In this document: one piece after another, positions 52,708 to 64,000 of the stretch | How positions within the stretch are numbered: the first letter of the stretch is position 1 | How the letters are laid out: each line of letters begins with the position of its first letter | Assembly: GCF_022539665.2 (NCBI RefSeq) | Contig: NC_081333.1 | Span: forward strand, 9,858,001-9,922,000 | DNA length: 64,000 nt | DNA from: Daphnia carinata | Taxonomy: Eukaryota | Direction of reading: 5' to 3' | Program-made: the position numbers and the translations under genes | Notes under the pieces: model-generated | The model's input: only the letters and a program-made list of their open reading frames with translations | Told to the model about the DNA's origin: nothing | Database searches by the model: none

Positions 52708-53768
52708 GCCAAAGCTCTCTCGTGATCAAGAGAGAGCAACCACGAGCATCACTTCACGGATTTCCCTCCTTTTTCTTCTTCCTTTTCCCCTTCGTTGTCC
52801 ATTCCGTTGTCTTCTTCGTCACCGGCATCAGCTCTAGCTACGAGAAAGAAAGAAAATCTAAAGAAAAAAAAAAAAACAACCGCTTTGAAATTCTCCGGTT
52901 CGTTCATTGACGGCGACCGGTTCCGTTTTTTCTTCTCTCGATTTGGTTCATCACGAACGATAGGACTCCCTTTTTGTCCTGTCTACGTTGAAACTCTCGT
53001 GTGTGATTCTATTTATCTAAAAAAAAAAAACAACAAAAATCTTTGTATAACCATTCCTCTCTCACACACAAATTCATTCACAAGTTGAATTCAATTTCTG
53101 AACGAAACGTGCGCTAGCCTTGGGTTTAAACACCTCCATTTTTTCTTTTTTACATTTTAAATTTCTCTGTTTCATCGTCGAGCTGTGTTATAGCGAGTGT
53201 GCGTGTTATCGGTGGACAAAAGCCGGGTGGGCGCAATAGACTGAAGAAATTAAAGGAAAAAGGCCCGAAAAAGAAATTTCAACCGAAAAGAAAAAAAAAA
53301 ACGAAGATCCAAAATAAAACAAACGTAAACAAGATAGATATTCAAGTTCGACGACCTGCTAATAGCTGAAACGGAGACACATTGGACTGTCGGCTCCCCA
53401 TTAGGTCATTAGGCCTAACAGTCTCGTGCGTCGAAAAATAAATTGCCAACGACTTTGAATTGTCTCTGCCGCCTGTGTATAAAAAAAACTAAACCGCACC
53501 CCTTTTTTCGTGTGTGTCTTTGTGGCTGTGTGTAGTTGATCGTGTGTCGTGAGTCTTATCTCCCCCCCCCAAAAAAAAAGACGAGCTAAGAAAGGACAGA
53601 AAAGAAAAAAAGAAGCTTAGCAGTTTAACACACGTTTCATCGAGGAACGTTGACTCCGGATGGTGGACCGGTTTGCCGCTGCCCATCAACTTGAGCGTCG
53701 CCACAGAACACGAGAAGAAACGACGGCGAAGAAGTCATGAACTTTTAACGACCGGCGACGACGATACG

Positions 53769-56700
53769 ATGTTGATGATGATGACGACGACGATGCGGGC
53801 GACAACGGATAAAGTGACGAGCCGAACGGCCGCCTACGTCGCGCTACTTCTCGTCTACGTCTCGCTGTCGGCCATGCATTCGGCCAACGCTTGGCGCAAC
53901 GACCGCAGTAAGTTTCCACTGCACGTGTGATTTAAAATTTTTAAAAGGAAAAAAAAAAAGGGAAACTTTTTTGCTACTTTATTGGCTACCGCCTTCTTGT
54001 CTCGACTTGGCTCCCGTTGAAACGAGCCTCCTTTCCACGGGGGCGCACACGAATTATACAATTTTCAAATATTACACACGACACACACGCTCATCAACAA
54101 TTCGAATTTCTGATTTATTCTTTGCCTCGTTTTTCTTTTTTTGTTGCCTCCATGTCTGTTTGTCTTGTATGCGTCTTAGTATATTGAGACGTGTACATCG
54201 AGAGTAGCGCTCTCGCTGTCCTTTTTTCTTTTTTCGCCTCTCCCCGATAACTTTCGCCTTGCATTTCGTACGACCGTAAATCTTTTTGGCTAGCTCTTAA
54301 AAAACCAAAAGACCCCAGAAGACAGTAGAAAGCTCCCTTCTTCTTTTTAGTAAGAGAAGAAGAAAAAAAGAAAAGAAAAGGAAACGCATGGCCGTGTCAT
54401 TGCGCGCGCAGAGACGGTATACATTTGATCGCCTTGCGCCACTTGCCAGTGGGTTACGTTTTGGGCTACTCTTTCAGACGTCACGTCAGTCAAAAAACCA
54501 TTCAAATTGAAGACTTTCTCTACGAGATTATATACTTTGATTGCGCAGACGATTGGACTACCCCGCCCACGAGCCGTCTGACACGGTCATAGTGTGTAAA
54601 AAAAAAAAAAAGGTGTGTGTGTTGTGTGTTAGTAACGGGTCGTTTTTTCTTCTAACAAAACCTGAGATTCCAATAACTTGCGACCCGTTCTTTTTTGGCT
54701 TCTGAATCACTCGATACAACTTTATATCCACGCATTTTTCAACCTCCTTTTTTTTCGTTTCTTTTTGTTTTACTCGACACAGTTGAGGCAGATGGCAAAA
54801 CAAGCATTTCGAGGCACACTGAAATAGAACGGGTTGCGTCCCGAGAGCGTGAAACTAAATAATATATGTATTTTTTTTCACGCCTATGCCGCTTCTCTTT
54901 CGTTTGATAGAGTGACAACACCAGTTAAATTTGCATTTTCGTTTTCGCCTTTTCTTTTTCGAATTATGTTATTTGGTTAGGTCACGCATACGGGGCTTTT
55001 TTTTTCATTTCAAATGCTTCGTCTGGCACCCAGCTGCCCCTGTTGGCCAATAACGTCACGACGCATGAAAGAAACAAGTCGAAAAAGGCTACCAACAACA
55101 GTAACAACAACAACAAAAATAAAATAGAAAAAAAGGAGATCTTTTCAAACATCTTGTTGGCACATTCTTTTTTTTTTCCCTACTTCCTTTTTCGCGACAC
55201 TTTTTCTTTTTTTTTTTCTTTTTACTATCTCGTTAGCTGCTAATTCTATCCGAAACTATAACCCAGAGGGATACACCCCCAACCTACCGCTTTTCCTCCA
55301 GTATATACTATACGTGGACTATATTTACACGTCCACTATATAGCAATCGAGCATGTGTCACCGTGCGTGGCGATTGTATGCGCTTGTATACCGTCCCGGT
55401 CTTAACTGGAAATTGAATAGGGATGACTTTGAATATTAAGAGTCGAAGCGGATGTTGACATAATCCACGAATCGATACGGGATTACGTTGGTTAGAATGA
55501 AAGGAAAACTAGCACGGTGGCGTTCCGTCACATTAGACATTTTCTAGAGTCATTTAGAAAGATATTGGCATGGCCACAGTTTTACGTCATCACGTCCTAC
55601 ATTTAACACGCGTTCACGCCGACAGAATATTAGAATTCAATCTGAGACTCTTTTCGTCCGCAGTCGCAATGGCAAGTCAATAGAACGCGAAAACATTTTT
55701 CTTTAAAATTCGGCACTGCCGGCCAAAACAGAGGCGGTTTGCTCGACCTTGATTTGGCCAGCTATATTTCGCACTGGGCGAAACCAGCCATAATAGATTT
55801 AGTCGACTTGAAAAAAAGATAAGGGAAGAAAGAATAATAAAAATAATGCAAAATAGCTGCCATTTTTTTTTTCCTTCTCCGTTTTGCCATTTTCGTTTTC
55901 TTTGGTCTACTAAACGTCTAGTGTGAGATAACGAAACTAGGTCAGGTTTAGGTTGGCTCACGTCCCGGTTTAGCGAATTTGAAAAAGGACAGCAAGAAAC
56001 ACGAAACAACCGCAGCAAAATAGGCAACACACACACAAAAAGAGTAAACCACCACCAAAGGTCTTCTCGTTTGAAATTCTCAAGAATTTAGTTATTTGTT
56101 TCTTTTCTTTTTTTTTTTTGTGCGCGTTGCCTCCTTTGGGAAAGGGAGGAGTAGCACATTTAAATGATATGTTGCGAATTGCAGCGAGAGAAAAGAAAAA
56201 AAGAATGACAGGCGTGTCTTGGTGATTTGACATCGCATTCCTGGACCCGATCCATCGGGAGCAGCCGTTGCTGTCGCATCATTTCATATGCGACAGACCT
56301 GAACGGGCACGCGAGTCTCGGGTGGTCTCAAATTCCACGTTCATTTGCCACCACCCTAACGCGCGGGATTCCGCAACGAACCCCCGCGCACGTTTGCTCG
56401 CTGGTGTTGTACAAAAAAAAAATTCAAAAAGAAAGAAAAAGTGGAACGAGCCACCGCAGATTGACGATGACCTATATAACAAAAAAAATGAGTATTATCA
56501 AGAGTGTCGGTCACGCAATCAACGCCTTTAATTTGAAGAAAAATAATGAAAAGAAATAGGTGTTTAATGTGAATGAGGCAGAACGATGATGATGAAGGTT
56601 ATGGCAACATTGCGTCAGTGAGATGGCCACTTGCTGCTCTTGTTATTGTTGTTATAGCATCGACGCTCACGAACTTGCCCCACTTTCATTGGCACAAGCG

Positions 56701-59700
56701 CAACTAGTGGAGACCGCTTTTCCAATCACGCGCTGCTACCAAGTGACGATTAGCCACTGACCCCAACTGGCTGCGAAAAAGAGGACGCATCAGCCCCGCT
56801 GATGATATTGTCATTTGACCATTCGCCCGCGACGTGAGCTACGCGTTGCGGTGACCAAACAAGAAACCCCAACTGCTGATCACGCAGTTTTGTTTCTTTT
56901 TCTTTTGGCGTTTTTTGTAGTTTAGCGCATGTCTAGTCATGGCGAAACGGAATGCAGTAAAACAGTATATTGGGGGCTCGTAACGATGCCATCCTTTCTC
57001 TGTCTCTCTGCCATACGTGAATTTATTGCGGCCGCTTAGAGTTGTTTGCCATTTTTTTTTTTTTACTTGAAAAAGTCTTCTAAAAGTAAAACGTGTTTGG
57101 TCGCTGAAAAAAAAACGAGATTTATCATACGTACAACGTTTTGGCTGCTCAAGTTGTCAGAAAGTGAATAAAAGCGGCCAGGCAGTCGGCCATTGGAGAT
57201 GGAATGTAAAGAAGAAGAGGGGAAACGAGCCCCACACGATGGGAAATACTTCATGATTCACGCGGCTGAAATCAATCCAGTCTGGCGTTAGACAAAATGA
57301 AACATCTCCCCCCGAAGCTGGCGAAACTCTGCCAAAAAGGAAAACGGGAAGGGCGGCCGGCTGGACTGCCGGACTTGGGAAGCCACATGGTGTGTCCTGT
57401 GCTCGTTAGTCACATCTCGACTTGGCCACCTTCCATTTGCATCCAATTGGGTCAATAAGGAGATCTAGTTTGTTTCTCACTCCCACGTCTTTTTTGCTGG
57501 CCTCTTGCGGTCCACCCTCTCTCTTTTTGACTGCGTTTCGCTTTATTTCCGTCGCTCAAGGGGCCAGTCTCGTTGTATTAATTAGCGGAACTGTATCAAC
57601 AACATGGTCGTGTGTTTGGCCTCGCCAACACACACTACTCGATTAGTCGAGCGTGAAAAAGAGATCGAAAGACACGAAGGCGGAAAAGTCGATTGCAAAC
57701 GACGAGTCACGCTAAAACACATCAGCTGTTGAATTACAAACGTGACCCGCGGAAAACCAATGGCTCCCACTCGAAAAAGAAAACGAAAAAAAAACATGCA
57801 CACACCTTAAAGATGCAAAATGAGATTGTACGACTTTTAGTATTATGTCGTCCTTTTCTTATTTCTCACTTTATATTCTTCATTTTTCTTCTATCTTTTT
57901 GACACTGGGAGCACCTGTTGGGTTCGCTCACGTAAAAAAATGGGGTGACGCAACACCTATACATGGCAGAGCTTTGCTACACGTTTTATACGTCGATCAA
58001 AACAAAACGACAAACACGAGCAAGAAAAGCTTATCGGTGAGCTTGTCGACAGCCAACAACAAGAAGAACAAAATGGAAACAAAACAAATTGGAATATCAA
58101 GCAGATGCCAAGCCTGATGGCTGTTTGCTTTTAAAAGACGAACAGGTTTGGCGTTTCCTATCGGTTCCTGCAATCAGTCACATCACCTTAGTGAGCAACG
58201 TAAAGAGAACAGACCAATAAACAGATGGAAAAGCAGGAATCGTTAGACTATTGATGCACGGTCTTAATGCAAGACCAGCTCTCCTTAACATTTGTCAGCC
58301 ATTCAGAATTTGGTCAATGACTTAACAGTTTTTCCCATTTTTAGGACCCAAATTTTTTGGCGATAAAGTGCCGGTGAAAATGCTGAACCCAGTACACCAA
58401 AGTACGCAGAAGAAGATCGTGATGTATCACAATTTCTTCCGATCACGGGTCCATCCTCCAGCTGCTGACATGTTGGCCATGGTAAGCTGGTTTTTATTGG
58501 CTTTCGTACGCTAATTCATGTAGCCTCCTTCATGTACAATTGTATAACAAGATCAAAGAAAACACTATCATTAACGCGAACCACACGCTGGTTACATCTG
58601 ACTCAGCCGCGATTAGACGGCCTCGATTTTCAGGAACGCGTCAACAACGATCAGCATCATTTGATTTGCCCGCCCCAATGATTTGCCATTTTGGTTGGGA
58701 TATCTTTTTTTTTTTTTGCTTGTTGCACTGATCGGCAAAAAACAAAAAAGAAAGAACTCGTTTTGTTCTTTTTTATACCATCCGAAGCGAAAAAGGGAGA
58801 GGGCAGGTCAAGCGAATTTGTCTAGCTCAAATTCAAGGTTTGCTATTGTTGCATAAAGGAGACACCTGTGTATGAATGGAAGGGCGCGACACACGAGTGA
58901 CTAACTATCTGATCACGTTCTTTTTCTTTTTTCATTTTTTTTTTTTTACAATGTCGTCGTTTACAAATGGCACATCACGTTCGGCTGTGGCGGGAAAATG
59001 TGCTAACCCAACCATTGGCAAATGAAACAAAACGATGGATTTGATGTTCCCCCATTGATGGCGGCTCTTGTAACCGAGGAAGACTTGGCACGCTGAAGCC
59101 GCAAGAGATGCACAACGCTGGGCGGACCAGTGCCAATTCCTGATCCACGACAATGTCACCGGCCGATGGGTTGACGACTTCGGATCTTGTGGCCAGAACA
59201 TATTCGTATCGACTCATCAAGTTCCATGGTAAGTAATGGTACATGCTCGGTGGATTCCCTTTTTATTTTATTTCATTTTATTTTTTAACCGACTTGATTG
59301 ATGGAGTACAAAAAATGATCACTGAATGTGGCTCACCTTTGGTTTTAGGATGTTCGCCACTAAAACGTGGTTCCTGGAGAAACACAACTTTACGTACGGC
59401 TCGCCGCAGAACAATCTGTTCGAGGTGGGCCACTACACTCAGATGGTGTGGGCGGCAACGCACAAAGTCGGTTGCGGTTTCACCAAATGTCCATACAGAC
59501 CTGACAAACGGTCGAGGACGACCAAAAGATCTGGCGGAAGGTCGTCGATCAAACATCCGAAATACTTTTACAACTATGTTTGTAATTATTGCCCGATGTG
59601 AGTTTTCTTTAGCCTTTTCCACTTTGCTAGAGATTTTTCGAATTACTGGTGTAATTGATTAACATCAATTTATTTGTACACAGAGGGAATTATATGGAAC

Positions 59701-59951
59701 GTCTGGGCCGTCCATACAAGAAAGGCCCGTCCTGCGGCCGCTGCAAGGGATCCTGCAAGTTGCGCAAACTTTGCACCAATTCCTGCTCATACGCCGACTT
59801 GTGGGTCAACTGTCGCGAGCTAAACACAACGTGGAACCAGTGGCTTTGTCACAACAATTCCAAGGAAGGACTCGACCGAAAGAGACACTGTCGGGCAACG
59901 TGTGAATGCACCGGCAAAATCTACACGCAGCTCGGCCGCATCAAAGTGTAG
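53769..59951 (+). CDS. Secreted CAP (SCP/antigen 5/PR-1) superfamily protein, CRISP-like with Cys-rich hinge and ShKT-like C-terminus, up to 312 aa
   Basis: Exons 53769-53907, 58345-58481, 59083-59228, 59349-59597, 59684-59951; phase-consistent, 939 nt. Signal peptide [73 protein letters not shown]; tail CTNSC..D..NC..C..CRATCEC. AATAAA at 59989-59994. Confidence 0.93.
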
Positions 59952-60986
59952 AGACGAAAACCAAGGAAATCTGCCCATTGAATGGAAGAATAAAAACTAA
60001 AAAATCTAAAAAAAAAAAAAAAAAAAGGAAATAAATTATACTATATAGCTAGATAGAGGAAGAAAAGGGAGAACGAGTGCACCTTTTCTTCTCCATCTCA
60101 CTGCCCCGGAACGATATTTTCTAATTTTTAAAGCCACCCTTTTGCAAGGCTCGAGATTAGAATGACGGGTATGACTGTTAAGTGGTCATAATTTTAATGT
60201 AGAACAAATGAAGAACGAGGACTAAGAATGACACGTACAGTAACTTGGCTGTGAACCGTCGCCTGCCAGTTGAACATACTGTTTTTCTAGCCCTGAAAAC
60301 GGCTACAAATGCTATCAGGATTTGAGGACAAATCGATATGGTACGCGAAGTGCAGACAGTCCGTTTGTGATTTGACTATACACACGTGTACCTTATGTCT
60401 CCGCCATGTTATTTATACATATTATATATATACGATATACGCTGTGGTTATTATCGCCTGTAATTCCCACTCACGTAACGACATAATTGAAAACATTCAT
60501 TAACCGTTCGCTTTTGACTCTGCAATCCTTTCCGCTCTCCAAGAAAACTGCTCCAGACAAGCTCCTCTCACTATATCTGCTCCTGTTATAGCCCATATGT
60601 CTTAATCCATATCTTGTATACAATACGTTTCGCAAGTATCTTCATCAATCTCTGTCATCGTCGCCCCATTTTAAGCCAGTGTATCAGGCATTTTGTGCGA
60701 CAAAAATACACTGGTCAATTCGGTAGGAGCCTATTGGCCCCTGGTACGCTACCTGTTTTGGCTGAACATCCGAAGTTTTACTCAAAGGACAACACAAAAA
60801 TGTTTCAAGTGAGATGGATTTCTTCCTCTCCGGCTTTTCTTTCGATAATTACATAAGAAGCCCGAGAGCTTGGGAAACACACAAACAACCTTGAATACCA
60901 AAAGGGCACGGGTAGAGTAACTGTCAGCCACGAATCTTCGGCCACGATCGATGAGGAAGAATTTGGCTATGGTTCAAAGGCACAAC

Positions 60987-62547
60987 TTATTGGTCAACGT
61001 TCACCTCGAAAACCCGGCAAGTTTGGTCGTCCGAGGATGTAACCAAGTGATATCCATCGCTGAACGAGAAACAATTGCAACGTTAAAATAATGGAAAAGC
61101 AATTACAGATTACACTGACTCACAATGAAATGGCGATGTCTAAGATGTTGGCGGTGTGGCCGGTATACTCACGAACCAGAGTGCCACTTCTCGAATCAAT
61201 CAATCGAACCACTCCGTCTAAGCCGGCGGAGAAAAGCAGATGTGACTGTTTGGGATGCCACACAAGTTTCACCACTCCGGCCGCCTGATCGTACGACTGC
61301 CTTTCGATTTGAGTTGGTATATCCCAAAAACTGATTTTCCCGTTGAGCGTGCCTGTGACGACAAGGCTAACAGATGTTTCCGGGCAAAACGAAACTGCTT
61401 CCACTGAACTCTCTTCTTCGGAACTGCCAACGCCCTGGCAGGACAGGGTGCAGAGAAGCTGCAGAGGCATGCATGTTTTAGGTGAATCTAAGTTCATTTA
61501 AGAAGAATAATAGCGGCACTTATAAATACCTTGCCAGTTTGAGTGTTATAAAGTTTTGCTGTCGAATCGAGAGATCCAGAAACCATCAAGTTATTGTCTC
61601 GGTGGCAATCGATTGAGGAGACAGCATTAGTGTGCATTTGTCCTCCACTTAAATGTTGAAGAACAGCCAAGGTTTTCAAATCAAATACTTTCACGGAACC
61701 GTCAACGTAACCCACAGCTATACGCCTACCTGCTTAATAAATTTAATTAGTTACCATAGAAAATAGCTTATTAGGTCTTTTTGTCACCGTCTGGAAGAAT
61801 CTTGCCACATTCATTTCGCTCTCCATGGCCGGGTAGCGTTTTACAATCTCCAGATGGTATTTTCCACAACCAAGTTTCACCTGCAACAGTGCCAGCAAAT
61901 AGAATATGGGATGCTGGATGCCAGTCTAGCCACTATACAAAATTATGTAGCATGTTTAAGGGTGCTTATTTTTTATAGAAAAGCTAATTTTTACATTTAG
62001 GTCTCCTGTTTCAAATGTCCAAACCACAGATTTAGTTGCCACCTTCCATACTTGGATGAAACCACCCATATCAGCTGTGGCAACATAGCAGCCATCATGA
62101 CTAAACAGGGCACAGGTAACAGAGTCTTGATGATTGCCACACTCAAATGCAACCTCCCCATCTGAAATATTCCACACAAAAGCTTTGTCGTCTTCACCAC
62201 CAGACACAACAAGTTTACTTTCTTTTGGTTCAATTGAACAACAAAATACAGAACCTAAAAAGAAAAAAAATTGACTTCGTGAAAGCTACAAACCACATGT
62301 GATAAGACTTACCAGAGTGCTGTTTAAATGTTATTACTGCATCATCAGGTACATCAGCTTCATCCATTTCTCCTTCACCCTCTTCCCTCCACTCCCCATC
62401 TGTCACATCTTCTTCATCTTCATTTCCTTCATACACTTCAATCACTTCAAAGTCATCGTCTTCATTCTGTGTTCCAATGCCTTCTTCGTCAGATTCATTA
62501 GGCCCTTGTTCACGTGGTGAAACAGGAGGGGTATTGTTTTCTCCCAT
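60987..62547 (-). CDS. AAMP: Angio-associated migratory cell protein (WD40; yeast Sqt1 homologue), 415 aa
   Basis: Exons 62547-62313, 62254-61995, 61932-61788, 61729-61530, 61458-61124, 61059-60987; phase-consistent, 1248 nt. Acidic N-terminus, [53 protein letters not shown]. 5'UTR intron with donor at 62781 and tandem CAGCAG acceptor 62555-62550. Confidence 0.93.
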
Positions 62548-63967
62548 TGCTGCTGAAAACCAAAAACACAAACAATAATAAATTTAATTGTATTTGGGAA
62601 AAAGAAAACAAATGCGTAAACCACTGTTTGGCAACGATATTTCTTGTTTCTACGGCGAGCGTATTTCATTAAAAACTAGACTCCTACCAGTTACAGTTGC
62701 ATTTTGTATCAACTATGGCTCGTATAGGAGTGATATTATATCACACAGCTATAATTAACAACACATAATATTTTAATTCACCTGGCAAACCAACTATGTT
62801 GACGAAAAATCAGTACACACGTGTTCAAAGCAGACGAAAATTATAGCTTAAATGTCGAAACGCAGAGAAAGTTGCCATATCAATAACGGTAGAACATGAG
62901 AAGGACATAGGATTGGGACGGGGGAGTTTGGGATTCGGGTCGGAAGCTGGATCATTGGAGTTAACCTGTTCGAACTAGTTGTTGGAAAGGGACAGGAAAT
63001 ATCCTTCATATTTTCGTGGAATTTTATGCCAATAACAGACATCTCACGTTCACGTTCCGAAGGTTTAAAAGAAAAACAACATGGTTCTGTCGACTCTGTT
63101 TTAGGTTTGCTTATAAGCCACGAAAAATCTAATAAGCCTATAATTACGATTCCTAACATACGAAAAATCGTACAGGCCATCAAAACATAAATTACACTGG
63201 TAAATTGTTTCTGTACTTGCCAGGATTCGAACCATTCATTTAGCGTACATAATCATTTCTAGATTATTCGCACAGTAATTCTTTAAAATAAAAGCGACTA
63301 CGTATCATACTGAATAGTAATAGCAAGTCAGTTAAAAGAATTTCATGGTACAAGGAAACCTAATTATTACTACCACAATAAACATCATACTTTTAAATTT
63401 AAAAAATTTGTGGTAGACGAAGGCTGAATGCGGATTCAATATTTTAATAATTAAATGTGATTTAAAGACCCAACGTAAAACAAACTTAGACAGTAACATT
63501 GTCTGTTTTCATGTCCTAAAACGCAAACTGTTAAGAGGAAATGCTTTTTATGCTGTATTTTAAAGTTCTGATAAAAACAGGCCATTCGAGCTTGGCGCCA
63601 ATGTGCGACATTCTTTTGTTTCAGTAGTTCATGGGAATGCCGCTGTATAAATTGGCACTGCTCGGTCTTTCGCATTCTTGCAACTTGTCCAACGAGGGAA
63701 ATCACGCACTTGTGAAAACAACTGGAAAATTTCTTATTTGGGGACATTAATAATATTTTGATGGTTAAACACGTAAAAGTTGCGGTAACTGAATTTCATA
63801 CTTAGCATTTCGTACTGCCATTCCATAAAAGTTACGCTCCATTACTCCCAATAATCGTTTCGACACACAACAATGTCCATATTGTTGTTTTCACTAGTCC
63901 AGTTGTTGTGATCCTATTACAGTTAAACTTGCAAAGGCTTTTTACTTCTATTCTAGATATTGAAATA

Positions 63968-64000
63968 ATGGCTGAGTCTGTGGCACCAGCAAAGACTCCT
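63968..64000 (+). CDS. Probable start of an unidentified gene divergent from AAMP (MAESVAPAKTP..., truncated by window)
   Basis: Acceptor tttttacttctattctAG (63955-63956), then ataATGG in good Kozak context and an open frame to the window end. Confidence 0.5.
   Translation, partial: MAESVAPAKTP

Noticed and set aside
63223..63233. tRNA B-box GGTTCGAATCC on minus
   Set aside because: T-stem pairs for only 2 bp; no A-box or cloverleaf.
1..64000. CRISPR arrays, operons, transposase or reverse-transcriptase ORFs
   Set aside because: None seen; the sequence is intron-containing eukaryotic DNA with no regularly spaced repeats.

Overview
Eukaryotic (arthropod) genomic DNA, most consistent with a water flea (Daphnia-like: ~55-70 nt GT-AG introns, dense poly-A/T tracts, CpG-rich non-coding DNA); the organism is inferred, not searched. 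Nearly all supplied ORFs are spurious, so I assembled genes by hand from splice sites and checked exon phases. Four complete genes: WAC/Wacky (-, 9 coding exons, 609 aa), mitochondrial ribosomal protein L10 (-, 6 exons, 256 aa), a secreted CAP/CRISP-type protein with hinge and ShKT-like tail (+, 5 exons, 312 aa) and AAMP WD40 (-, 6 exons, 415 aa). A further + gene probably starts at the right edge. The most interesting signal is in the apparently empty first 23 kb. It holds the 5' part of a minus-strand gene with at least three, probably four, alternative ATG-bearing exons, all ending in phase-1 donors that fit one shared 96-nt exon (457-552). The peptides resemble, from memory only, the variable regulatory N-terminus of 6-phosphofructo-2-kinase/fructose-2,6-bisphosphatase (PFKFB/Pfrx), and one carries an RRHGS basic phosphorylation-type motif. 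Other signals: sharp 5'-restricted CpG depletion in housekeeping genes, CTCF-like motifs bracketing the WAC/mRpL10 island, an orphan E2F site pair, and a 15-nt miR-1 identity without a hairpin. No CRISPR array, tRNA, rRNA or intact transposon was found.
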